Source of the DNA: Camelus dromedarius
Lineage: Eukaryota
Reading direction: 5' to 3'
DNA length: 64,000 bases
Assembly: GCF_036321535.1 (NCBI RefSeq)
Contig: NC_087436.1
Span: 122,142,001-122,206,000 of the forward strand
This document shows positions 11,735 to 23,690 of this stretch, in pieces. How positions within the stretch are numbered: position 1 is the first letter of the stretch; every line of letters starts with the position of its first letter. Below the pieces are notes generated by a model that did no database searches, was not told the origin of the DNA, and worked only from the letters and a program-made list of their open reading frames with translations. Position numbers and translations under genes: made by a program.

Positions 11735-14055
11735 CAGTATCCATTTATGATAAAAACTCAGCAAAGCGAGTGTAGAGGGAACATACCTCAACATAATAAA
11801 GGTCACACATGACAGGCCCACAGCTGACATCATACTCAGTGGTGAAAAGCTGAATGTTTTTCCTCTGTGGCTAGGAACAAGACAAGGATGCCCACTCTCA
11901 CCAATTTTATTCAACATAGTACTGCAAGTCCTGGCCGGAGCAGTTAGGCAAGAAAAAGAAATAAAAGTCATCTAAATTGGGAATGGAGAAGTAAAACTGT
12001 CACAATTTGCAAATGTCATGCTGCTATATGTAGAAAATCCTGAAGACTCCATTGGAAAAACTTTTAGAATTAATAAGTGAATTCAATAAAGTTGCAGGAT
12101 ACAAAATCGATATAAAAATCTGTTGTGTTTCTGTACACTAATAACAAACTATCAGAATAAGAAATTAAGAAAATAATCCCATTTACAATTGCATCAAAAG
12201 GAGTAAAACAGCTAGGAATAAATTCAACCAAGGAGGTAAAAGAACTATACACTGAAAACTAAGACTTTAATGAAAGAAACTGAAGATGACACAAATAAAT
12301 GGAAAGAGATTCCGTGCTCATGGATTGGAAGAATTAATATTGTTACAATATCCATACTACCCAAATCAATCTATAAATCAATGCAATCTTTATCAAAATT
12401 CCAATGACGTTTTTCACAGAAATAAACAATCCTAAAATTTGTGTGGAACAACAAAAGACCCCAAATAGCCAAAGCAATCTTGATGAAGAAGAATGAAGCT
12501 GGAGGCATCACTTGCCCTGATTTTAAACTATATTACAAACCTATAGTAATCAAAACAATATGGTGCTAGCATAAAAACAGACACATAGATCAATGGAACA
12601 GAATAGAGAGCCCAGAAATAAACCCAAGTGTATATAGTCGATTAATCTACAACAGATGTATGTACAAGAATATACGATGGGGAAAGGACAGCAGTCTCTT
12701 CACTAAATGGAGCTGGGCAGACTGGCCAGCAGCACGCAGAAGAGTGAAACTGGATGCTTGCCCCCCCCCCACACACACAGTCAGCTCAGAGTGGGCGAAA
12801 GTCTCGAGCGCAAGTCTTGAAGCCACAGAATGCTTCGAAGGAGGCATCAGCGGCAACTCCGTGACCCCGGTCTTCGTGATGAGTTTTTGGATCTGACACC
12901 AAAAGCAAAGGCAACAAAAGCAGAAATAAACAAGCGGGACCACATGAAGCTAATAAGCTTCTGTGCAGCAGAGGAACCATTAACAACATGCAGAGGCAAC
13001 TTGCCAAATGGGGTAGGTATCTGCAGATCGTATATTTGATAAGGAGTTAATATCCAAAATATGCAAAGAACTCATACAACTCTATAGTAAACAAACCAAT
13101 TTGAAAAATGGGCAGAAGGTCTGAGTGCACATTTTTCAAAAGAAGACATACTGATGGGCAACAGGTACCTGAAAAGATGCTCGATGTCAATAAATCATCA
13201 AAGAAGTGCAGACCAAAACCACCAGGAGATACCACCTCTCACCTGTTAGAATGGCTGTTACCAAAAAGGCAGGAAACAACAAATCCCGGAGAGGGTGTGG
13301 AGGAGAGGGAGCCCGCACACACTGTTGCTGGGCGTGGAAACTGGTGCAGCCACTGTGGAAGCCAGTATGGAGGCTCCTCAAAAACCTGAAAACAGAGCTA
13401 CCGTATGATCCAGCAACTCCACTGGGTACTTATCTGAAGAAAATGTAAACATTAATTTGAAAAGATATGCGCACCCCACGTTCATCGTGGCATTATTTAC
13501 AATGGTCATGACATGGAGACAACCTAAATGTCCACTGATGGATGAATGGATAAAGAAAATGGATAAAATATTATACATATTATGCAGTTATGGAAAAAGA
13601 ACGAAGTCTTGCCATTTATGACATGGATGGACCTTGGGGGCATTATGCTGAGTGAAATAGGTATGACAGAAAAGGATAAATAACGTATGATCTCACTTAC
13701 ATGTGGAATCTTAAAAAAAAATGACCTCATGCATATAGAGAACAGGTTAGTGGTTGCCTGACAAGGTGGATGGGAGGTGGGGGATGGGTGAAGGGGTCAA
13801 ACGGTGCAAATTTCCAGTTATGAAAGGAATCAGTCATGGAGGTGTAATGTACTACATGGTGGCTATACTTACTAATACTGTGTTGCATATTTGAAAGTAG
13901 CTAGGAAAGTGGATCTTGAAAATTATCACAAGAAAAAGTAAGTATGGTGACAGATGTCAACTGGACTTTTTGTGGTGATCATTTTGCAATATCAAATCGT
14001 TACATTGTACGTGTAAAACTAATACAATGTTCTGTGAACGATACCAAAAAATTTT
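11735..14055 (+). mobile_element. 5'-truncated L1 (ORF2 RT/C-terminal part plus 3'UTR, L1MA9-like)
   Basis: GGAACAAGACAAGGATGCCCACTCTCACC encodes the [12 protein letters not shown] motif. ORF remnants [31 protein letters not shown], then an L1 3'UTR. Multiple stops and frameshifts. Confidence 0.92.
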
Positions 14056-14089
14056 AAAGGAGAGGAGAGCCAGGATCACCAAGGAGGGT

Positions 14090-14535
14090 CAGGTGGCCTG
14101 TCTGTCCCGCTGCGGTCTTCCTCTCAAAGCCCATAATCCCAGTCTAACCATGAGAAAAACAGCAAGCAAATCCCAGTGGAGGGATAATCTGCCTGACCAA
14201 TACTCCTCAAAACAAGGTCATAAAAGACATGAAAATCTGAGACGCTGCCACAGCCAAGAGGAGCCTAAGGACACATATGACTGAGTGTGATGTGGTGTCC
14301 TGGCTGGGGTCTTGGAGCAGAAAAAGGACATCAGGTGAACATTGGTGAAGTCCAAATAAAGTATGGAGTTAACAATAATGTATCGACGTTGGTGTCTTAG
14401 TTGTGTCAAAACGCCCTAGAAACAGGAGATGCTCGCAATATGGGAAACTGGGTGAGGGGCATGTGGGGACTCCCTGTGCCAAATTCCTAACTTCTCAGTG
14501 AAACTCTTACAACATAAAAAGGTTATTTTTATTGA
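14090..14535 (+). mobile_element. Second L1MC-like 3'UTR
   Basis: CCCAGTCTAACCATGAGAAAAACAGCAAGCAAATCCCAGTGGAGGG...GGAGCAGAAAAAGGACATCAGG, homologous to 11320-11720. Confidence 0.7.
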
Positions 14536-15469
14536 AGAAAACACTCAGTATAATAGAAGATTCCATAGATGTTTTTGGTGCTCTACATCAAAATGTTCTG
14601 GTTCTACATTAAACAGCTGATTTATTTAATTTTAATAACTCTTCTCTCTAGACATATTTGGGACACTTCATAAATGCATTTCTGGTTGAAAATGGTTTGC
14701 TTTTTCTCATTCAGCGACTTTAGTTCCTCTAGCCTCCAGGGAGTGCGCAGCACTCTTACCTGGCTATGTGGGGCTGCCTTACAGGGACTGCCCGTCCTCT
14801 TCTGTCCCTGCAGCTTGACAGTGAGACAGCACTCACGGTGGAGGGTCTCTGCCCTAGTCAGATGCCAAAGCTGTCATTCCTGCCTCAGCCGGTCACTGTG
14901 GACAGAATGGCCGGCGGGGAACAGAGAAGAAGAGCATTTGAGATCAGTGGGAGCCCCCGGGGGGTGGTCTGGTACCTGTCGGCAATGGGGGAGGGAAAAA
15001 CATTTTAACTTTCCTTAAAATGTTCAAATTATGGAACACAATTAACAAAGTGTGCCAAATAAGTTAGATATTTAATGAAATTTCTCTCATTCTATTATTT
15101 ATTATACTGTAAAACAAAAAATGGCATTTAATTAAGAGCTTCCTTCATGTTCATTTAAAAATAATCATCTGAAGATCATCAGTTTACACTTCACTGCCTT
15201 CTGAACACAAGTGGGAACCTTATTTATCCCTTTTTCTGTCGGTAAAGCAACTCGCATTAAGACTCATGTTCTAGGTGTTGGGGGGGGTAATTTTAGGAAT
15301 CGTGTGCTTGTTTCCAGATGACCCTGGTGTCAGGATGTGCTTGCCAACAGCTTGCGGCTGGGTGCATGAGTTACAGCCTGGTCTCACCCTGGTTTGACAT
15401 GCTGTTGGATAGAGAACACATCCTGTTTCATACAGCTTTAGACACCAGAATTAATGAAAAAGAGTACAT

Positions 15470-17260
15470 TTTGTAGATGTTCTTTATTAGGTGTAGAAAA
15501 GTCCCTTCTTTTCCTGGTTAACTGAGATATTTTAATATGAATGAGTGTTGGATTTTGTTGAACTCGTTTAATGTTCTACTGTGATGATGGTGTGTTTTTT
15601 GTCCTTTATTCTATCTGATGTTTTATGTTATTTTTGGATTGTAAACCAGCCTTGCACTTGGGAGACAAACCATACTTGGTCACGGCATGTGCCCCGTTTT
15701 GCATGTCACTAGATTCAGTGAGCCTGTGTCTTGTTGAGGACCTTTGTGTCTGCTTATGAAGGATATTGTGTTTGGTGTCTGGCTTTGGCGTCAGGGTAAG
15801 ACTCGTGGAGTGAGTCGGCAAGCTCCTCACTCCGCCGTTCTGGAAGTGCCTTCCATTGCTGAGGTTTCCTGGGGCTCTTTGTATATTTTGAATCCACTGT
15901 GATTTGCAAAGAAGTTTGATGGAGTCCAGCTTTTTGCTGCTTCCTTTCGTGGACCACGCTGTGCGGTCGGTGTGTATCTAGCACAACATTACAACGATTT
16001 TCTCTTAAGTTTTCGTCTAAAAGCGTCGTAGTTTTACACTTTACATTTATACTTATGATCCGTAAATTATAGAGTTAGCTTGTTAACAGCTATGAAAAAT
16101 CCTGCTGGCATTTTATTGGGATTATACTGAATTTATAGATCAGTTTGGGAGTCACTGGCGTTTTAATGTTGAGTATTCTAATCCATGAACACAGTGAAGC
16201 TTTCTGTTTATTTAGGGGTTCTTTGATTTCTTTGATCAGGATTCTATAGTTCTCAACATACAGATTTGTACCTAAATACATCCTGGGGTGCTGTTATAAA
16301 TGGCACTGTTTATTTCTTTTCAGTGTCCGATTAGTCTTTGGTACTACGTAGACGTAAAATTGATTTCTGTGCATTGACTTTATGTCGATACTTTGGGCAA
16401 CATACTTACTAGTTCTGGGAAGCGTCTTTGTAGCTTCCATGGGATCCTCTGTGTACAGTCACATCTTCAGTGAGCAAGGCCCATCTGTTCCTTCCGTCGC
16501 ACTGCATGCTTTTTTTTTTTTAATGTCTTTTGTTTGTTTGTTTTGTGAGGGAGGTAACTACGTTGATTTATTTATATTTGGGGGAGGTGCTGGGGACTGA
16601 ACCCAGGACCTCGTGCATGCTAGCACACGCTCTGCCCCCGTGCTGTGCCCTCCCCCCACACTGAGTGCTTTTTGTTGCCTTTTCTTGCCCTGTTGAGCTG
16701 ACCAGGACCTCCGGTCCGGGCTGACTAGGAGTGTTGGCAGTGGACGCCCTTGCCTATCCCTGGTTTTAAGGGGAGTACGTTGACTGCTCCGCTGTCAAGG
16801 ACGACTGCAGCTTTGGGTTTTGCCCCCGCCCTCCTGGCCGTGTTGGAGGCTCCCTCCTGTTCCTGGTTTGCTGAAAGGAGTTCTTCTCATGAGCGGATAT
16901 TTAATTCTGTCAAATGTGTTTTCTGTTGAGATGATCAAATGACTCTTCTTCTCTAACCTGTTAGTGCGGGGAGTGGCAGTAATGGTTCTCACATGTTGAG
17001 CCAGCCACGGCTGGCACTGGGGGACTGAGCCCACTGGGTCGTGAGGGACTGTCCTGTTGCTGGATTTGACTTGCTGGTATTTTGTTTAGGATTTTCGTGT
17101 CTGTATTCATGAGGGACATCGGTCTGTAGTTTTCTTTTCTTGAAATGTCTTTGTCCGGTTTTGTTATTAGGATATTACTGGCCTCATAAAATGACTTGGG
17201 AAGTATCCCTTCATCTTCTGTTTCCCGGCAGGGATCGTGTAGAATGGGTACCACTAGCAA
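15470..17260 (-). mobile_element. Degenerate L1 ORF2 fragments, antisense
   Basis: Minus-strand ORFs give [45 protein letters not shown] and YLGTNLYVENYRILIKEIKE, both recognisable as L1 ORF2p. Interrupted by a SINE. Confidence 0.85.
16514..16657 (-). mobile_element. tRNA-Ala-derived SINE (camelid Vic-1-like)
   Basis: Reverse complement of the tRNA-like head (GGAGGTGCTGGGGACTGAACCCAGGACCTCGTGCATGCTAGCACACGCTCTGCC) with a T-rich tail. TSD CACTGCATGCTTTT (16500-16513) / CACTGAGTGCTTTT (16659-16672). Confidence 0.88.
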
Positions 17261-17717
17261 ACACTGAGCCAGAGAGCAGTACCAAGTGTCGAGAGCAGCC
17301 GTCTCGGTTAGAGAGGAGGCCCCCAAATAGCCATCTTAAAGTGTGTGTTTAAAGGAAAGTAAGGACACAGATCCCACAGAACCCTGCGCTCAGCATATTC
17401 TCTAGGAACATTAAGGCAGCTAAGGTCGTAATTCAGGCTCCTGATAAAAGAATTACTGTACACAGTTATGATAAGGGAGAGTCTGGAGTCATAAAGAACT
17501 GTTCTCATGTTTGCTGACAGTGCTTGGTTTACACCCACCAAAATTATCTTTCAGTATTACTTGTATTGAGTATCAATACACTTATGCGCAATACACTGGC
17601 ATTAGTTATTTTGTTAAAATTTAGTAAAATGTGACACATTTTATATACCATTAAATGGTACAGATTAAGTTAAGAGCAGATTTTCAACTGAAGCAATTTT
17701 CCTCTTCTTATTAACAG

Positions 17718-17775
17718 AATATCCAAGGTATCTCCAAGCACCCAATTCAAATAACTAAACCTCAGAATTTTAAAG
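17718..17775 (+). CDS. POLN: DNA polymerase nu, internal coding exon (58 nt, phase 0-1): NIQGISKHPIQITKPQNFK(G)
   Basis: Acceptor TTCTTATTAACAG, donor AAAG|GTAACA. Peptide matches recalled human POLN NIQGISKHPIQITTPKNFKG (the family-A PNLQNI motif followed by a POLN-specific insert). Confidence 0.95.
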
Positions 17776-18722
17776 GTAACACATTTCTTTCTACTTTGCT
17801 AAAATCTTGGGTAACATTTTTTAAAAACCTACGAATGTTTGTAATTGCTTTTCTATATAACTAAGTGCTTTTCTTTCCTGAAATTCCCCTCTGAATGTGC
17901 ATGACCAGGATTTAAATGTACATTGAAAAGTGAAACTCAGCTGTGTGATGTGGCGCCTCCCTTTCAGCAGTTCATAAGTTAAAATAGAGGGTAATTACAC
18001 AAGGGGAGCGGCTCCCTCCTTCCAGCCCTCCCCACCGTCTTCCCAACACAGGAAAGACAGACATACAGTAGAACTGGCTTCTATTAAAGTCTGAAAATGA
18101 CTGGAAATGTTTATAAAAACATAGTAGCACTCTCCTTTCTGGTAAGCTGTTCCACCGTAATGCCGACGGTTAAATTTCTGAAGAAGATAAAGGTCCGATG
18201 TGAGCAGAGTCGGGCTCTGTGGCCCCCCCACCGCCCTCTGCCTGGGGACTGCTGCTTCCCGAGGGCCACGGCCAAACAGTGAAGCGAGGAGCAGTCTTGG
18301 TTAAAACACTCGTAGTTGCGCTTAACCAGGACCATGGAGGGCAAGCGTGAGCCGCTTGGCTTCCCACAGCCCTTTGAAGTCCTCCCAGTGGAACATCTTG
18401 GGACGTGTGCTTCCCCGGAGGAGAGCTTCCAGGCAGTGAGGCTGGGTCTCTGCGTGGCTCTTGCTGGAACACAGCCACGTGTCAGTGCCTGGCCTTTTCT
18501 TCATTAAGAGTTCTAGAGAGAACAGGAAATGTTAGCAACAGAAAGTCTAGTGTACTCCCAGCAGTAACACGACACTTTAAAATTACAGTAATAAAAATAT
18601 TCAGAAAAATCAGAGATCTAGGCTCTTAACTTTCGAATGACGTTAAAGTAACTTTGTACGAGGAGCAGCTACGAACCCGCTCATGACCAAACTCACCAAG
18701 TGCTCTTGAAATAACGATTCAG

Positions 18723-18800
18723 GTGAAGAAGACGAAATCCTCACCATCTCTCCGAGGACCGCGTTTGTTTCATCTGAAGGCCGCACCTTCCTATCAGCAG
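18723..18800 (+). CDS. POLN: DNA polymerase nu, internal coding exon (78 nt, phase 1-1): (G)EEDEILTISPRTAFVSSEGRTFLSA(D)
   Basis: Acceptor GATTCAG, donor GCAG|GTACGT. Matches human [27 protein letters not shown] and is in frame with its neighbours. Confidence 0.95.
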
Positions 18801-19359
18801 GTACGTGTGAGCCACGGCAGGGTGTGTGTGTCCCTGCAGCTCACTTAATGTGAGTCATACAGTTCAGACACTTAAACGCTGAGTGATTCAGAGGTGCGCG
18901 TAGAACTCATGCTTTAAATCCTAGGGCAAATGTTTACATGAAGCACAGATTTCTTATGGGCAGGAAGTAAGAACAGACAGGCTTTCTGGGTCCCTTCGCT
19001 TTACCATGGAGATCCCAGCCGCGCCACCCCGTCCCGCTCAGTCTGCCCACCCCTGCACCGTCCTCAGTGCCTCCGGCGCTATACCTTGCTCACCTGCCGC
19101 AGCTGTGCTGGTCACTCTGCTGTCCTCCAGCAACCACCAGCCCTGCCTGGACCCCTTCCCCCAACACCGTCTCGCAAACCCTCCACCTCTGTGCCGCGGT
19201 GCGGGCACCCCTTTCTTGAGGAGGTGTCCACTGCCCTTTTTATAACAGCACCTTACCTACCCACACTCAGCCCTGAGCCTCCCCACCCTGACCTCTTTTC
19301 CACTCCCTCTCTCGCCGTCTAGCCTACCAGACGTTTCACTCCAGTTGCCTCCCTCTCCT

Positions 19360-19480
19360 CAAATATAGGCTCCACGTGGGAGGGACTGTTGTCTGTTTTG
19401 TTCACTAGTGGACCCCAAGCACACAGCCTGGCACACAGTAGGCCCTTTCTAAAATTCTGACGTACAGAATGAAGGGGTGA
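19360..19480 (+). mobile_element. L2 3'-end relic
   Basis: AGGCTCCACGTGGGAGGGACTGTTGTCTGTTTTGTTCACTAGTGGACCCCAAGCACACAGCCTGGCACACAGTAGGCCC...GAATGAA. Confidence 0.65.
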
Positions 19481-19714
19481 ATAGATACAGCCCACCCTGG
19501 AGGCACTGCCAGCCCCACGAGGGCAGAAGAGGTCCCTTGGACTTTGAGACACAGGGATGGCCAGGAGCCCTGAGGCCAGAGGGCCCTGCAGGTGGGAGGT
19601 GCGGATGTTGACCTTGATTCGTTGGGGAGGGCGGGTCGAGCTTCGCCAGGGGAGGCCGCAACAACGGGGGACATTGTGGGTGACCTGAGTTAAGCAGAGC
19701 TCTCTATCTGACAG

Positions 19715-19829
19715 ACTTTTCGCAGATCGAGTTGCGCATCCTTGCACACTTATCTGGGGATCCAGAACTTCTGAAGTTATTCCAGGACTTGGAAAGAGAC
19801 GATGTATTTTCTACCCTGACTTCACAGTG
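19715..19829 (+). CDS. POLN: DNA polymerase nu, motif A exon (115 nt, phase 1-2): (D)[37 protein letters not shown](W)
   Basis: Acceptor CTCTCTATCTGACAG, donor [20 protein letters not shown] is family-A polymerase motif A. The catalytic Asp codon is split G|AC across the intron. Confidence 0.97.
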
Positions 19830-20514
19830 GTAAGATACATGAGCTCATAATATTATCAGATCCTTAGGGATGCTGACATGATTTCAAAAGCCTGAAGTTC
19901 TTCCAAAGCTCTTTTCGTAAGAAAGAAATCATGCATTTCTCTAGTAGTTACTCTTTTGGAAGAGCAGAGATCTAGGATGCCAAGAGGTTCCTAATTGTGA
20001 AAGAAATGATCGCTCTTCACCACTAGAAGAGAAGGCGATCGCTGCAGAAGGGAGTAGAAGTATCGAACAGTGAAAGGTGCAGGTCCCTCCTTCCCCCCAG
20101 ATGACAAAGCCCAGGGCCTGAAGCAGCCCGAGGGGGAAGTCACTGAGCCCTCCTATGCGCTGAGGTGCAAAACAAGTCTGCACTGTCTCTCTGCTCGTCC
20201 TCACTGCCGGCTCATTATTGCTTGTTGGAATAAACTTTGCCTACTTAGGCTTTTCTCCTTTCAATTTGAGTCCTGGAACTCCTCCCGTCTGGGACAGTGA
20301 TTGCCTTTCCTCAGGGTGCGGTGGGTGCTGAGGCCCGAAGCCAGCAAGAGCAGCTCAGGCCCTGCCCGAGCCCCCCTCCCCCCGCCCCAGCTCACAGGCT
20401 CTGCGGGGGTCGTGCCCGCCTGCGGCAGCAGCCCTGACCCATGCCTCCAAGTCCTGGTGCTTCCTCCAGGCCGGCTGCTCCCGGGGAAAGGCCCTTCTCC
20501 TTGGTGTGCACCAC

Positions 20515-21375
20515 TTATTCTTTTTAAAATTGAGATATAATTCACACGCCATAAAATCCACCCTTTTACAGTGAATTCAGCGGGTTTTAGGCCATTCGCA
20601 AGGTTTTGCAACCATCATCGCTGTCCAGCTCTTGAACGCTTCCACCTCCCTAAAGAGAAACCCTGCTCTTCTGTCCCCCGTGGAAGCCACGAGGCTGCTT
20701 TCTGTGTCCCCACGTTTGTCTGTTCTGGGCGTGTCACGTTACTGGAATCACGCGGCGTGGGGCCTGTCAGCGCCTGTCCCCTTCCACTGAGCCTCACGCT
20801 GCCGAGGTTCGTCCAGGTTGAGTGTATGTCAGTGCTGATTCCTTTTTATGGCTGAATAATACTGCATTCTGTGGAATAGTGTATTCTTTGTATTTCAGTA
20901 TAAACAAACAAATGATACTCCATTTGCTTATCCATTCATGAGCTGATGGGCATTTGGGTTGTGCCCACCTTTTGGCTGTTGTGAATAATACTGCTATGAG
21001 CATTCATGTACAAGGTTTCATGTGGAAATAAGTTTTCATTTCTCTTGGGTAGATACCTAGGAGTAGAATTTCTGTGTCATAGTAATTCTGTGTTTAACTT
21101 TTTAATGTGGTAAAATAACCTAACATAAAATTTACCATCTTAACTATTTTAAAACGTACAGTTCAGTGGTGACTGTACTTAATTTATTGAGGAATTGCTG
21201 AACTAGTTTCCCAAAAAGCGGCACCCTTGTACACCCACAGGCAGTGTGCTGGCTTCTGATTTGTCCACCTTCTCACCAGCACTTCTCATTGTCTGTCTTT
21301 TGACTGCAGCCATCCTCGTGGGTGTGAAGCGGGGTCTTTGCGGTCTGGATTCACGTTCCCTGATGACGGCCAGCG
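20515..21375 (-). mobile_element. L1 (L1MB-like) 3' end, antisense
   Basis: TTTTTTAAAATTGAGATATAATTCACACGCCATAAAATCCACCC 3'UTR. Minus-strand ORF LIAVLFTTAKRWAQPKCPSAHEWI is the ORF2 C-terminus. Confidence 0.85.
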
Positions 21376-21959
21376 TTGGGCGTCTGTCTTACTCTCTGTC
21401 TCTGTCTCTTTCCCTCCTCTGCACCTTTACGCAGGTGCACCTGGCAGTGTCTGGCTCACGCAACTTTCTCTGGGTGCTTCGTCCCGGAAGATGGGCCTTC
21501 TTCTGTCTCACTTTCTCTCCAGTTAGGGTATAAGAGAATGGGATTTTTAAGGCATGTGATAGGTTTAATAATCCCCCTGCCCTCTCTCCAGAGGTGAGAG
21601 AGATAGGTGATGGTTCCTACTTGGTCAGGAAGAGTATTTTGCTTGTTTGGTTCACACCTGGGCTTTGTTGCCACCTCAGTGCTTTGATGGAACAGCACTC
21701 TGTGTACTCTCCTTTACGGTGTGTGGCAGAGTCTGTCTGTGATTGAAGGCGAGTGTCTGTGCGCAGATCCCCAAGCACGTTCTTTGTTCAATGGGCCCAA
21801 AGCTACTCTGACTGCTGTTAAACAAGTGTTACAGCAAAACATTTCTGCCAAGGCATCAGGCAAAGGATGCAGCGGAAGCAGTGCCAGGAGGGAAGGCGCA
21901 GCCCCACCCTAATGCTCACGTCAGAGATGAGGAGAGACCTTGGATAAATCACCTGACTT

Positions 21960-23690
21960 TCTAGCTCAAGAACCTGAAAAAAAGGAGTAAGGAAATAATG
22001 AAGATAAGAGCAGAAATCTGTGAAACTGAAGATGGGAAATCAATAGAGAAAATCAATGAAGCACAACCCAATTCTCTGAAAAATCAATAAAGTTGATCAA
22101 CTCTAGCAAGACTGACAAAAATTAAAATAGGGAAGACACAAAGCATCAGCGCCAGGAGCGGAGCAGAGGGCGTTAGCAGGGCCTCCGCAGCCGTCAGAGG
22201 GGCCGCTGGGAGCAGCTTGATGCTCAAAGACCCAGCGATTTAGGAGAAACGGACCGGTTTCTCGAGAACCACAATCAAAACCCAACTAAGGTGAAATAGG
22301 TAACCTGGATAGTCCTATAACTGTTAAAGAAATTGAACTTGTAGTTTAAAATCTCCCGAAAAGGAAATCCCCAGAGCCAAATGCCTTCCACGGAGTATTT
22401 TACCAAACAGTTAATGAATTAACACCAGTTGTATGCAGCCTCTTCCGGAAAACAGAAGAGGAAGGAATACTTCCCAGTCGTTCTGTGAAGCCAGTGTTAC
22501 CCTGATACTAAAACCACTGAGAGTAAATACAAAATAAAACAAAGCAAAACCCCTCTACAGACCACAATCACTCCTGAACTTAGATGCAAAAACCCTCAGC
22601 AAAATATTAGCAAACCAAATCTGTAACTATGTCTGTAAGTAATTACACACTGTGTCCAAGTGGGATTTTATTCCAGGTGTGCAAGGCTGGTTTAACATGT
22701 GAAAATCAGTCAGTGTAATCCACCATGTGATCAAGCTAAAGAATGAAAATAATTATATCAATTGACCAAGACAAAGCATTTGACAAAATGCAATTTTCAT
22801 TCATCATGAAAATTCTCAGTAGCAGTTTAGAAGGAGAGGGAACAACCCCAACTTGACAAAGAACGTCTGTAAAACCTGACAGCTAATATCATATTTAATG
22901 GTGAAAGGCTGATTCTTTCCCCCTAAGATCAGCAACAACTTATTAATATTGAATATTGAAGTCCTGGCCACTAAATAAGGCAAAGAAAAGAAATAAACAG
23001 TGCAAGTTGGGAAGGAAGAAATAAAACCGTCTCCATTTATAGTGATATGATTGTCTATGTAGAAATTCTCAAAGAATATACAAGAAAAAAAACATTTTTT
23101 AACTCCTAGAACTAATAAATGAGTTTAGCAAGGGTGCAAGACACGGTATCACACGTAAAACTCAAAATCGCATTTCTATGAACTGACAACAAACATGCAT
23201 AAATTGAAATGTAAAATGCAATACCATTTACATTCACTGCAAAGATAAACACTTAAGTATTCAGTTGGACAATATATATATAGGATCTGTGTGTCTAAAG
23301 TTACAAAATGCTGATGAAAGAAATCAAAGAAGATCTGATAAGTGGAATGACAGTGTGTGTGCGTGAAATGGAAGACTCAACAGGGGAAGTATGTCAGTTC
23401 TCCCTGAATTGATCCGTAAGTTTAACGTAATCCTTGGTAAAACCCAAGCAAGTTTTTTGTGGACATAAGACAAGCTTATCCTAGAATTTAGATGAAAACA
23501 CAGGCCCTAGAACAGCTAAAACCATCTCGACAAAGAGTGAAGTGGGAGGAATCAGTACCTGATGTTAAGACCTAGCATGCAACCGCCAGGAGAGCGTGGT
23601 GCTGGCAGGGAAGACACACAGACCAGTGGAACGGAAAGGAGAGCCAGGACCAGACCCTCACAGACGAGCTCGGCTGGTTTCTGAGAAGGG
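21960..23690 (+). mobile_element. Old L1 ORF2 fragment, sense
   Basis: GAAGGAATACTTCCCAGTCGTTCTGTGAAGCCAGTGTTACCCTGATACTAAAACC and CAAGTGGGATTTTATTCCAGGTGTGCAAGGCTGGTTTAAC. Many disablements. Confidence 0.85.

Noticed and set aside
17776..18722. U12-type intron as an explanation for the weak acceptor
   Set aside because: The donor is GTAACA, not RTATCCTT, and there is no TCCTTAAC branch site.
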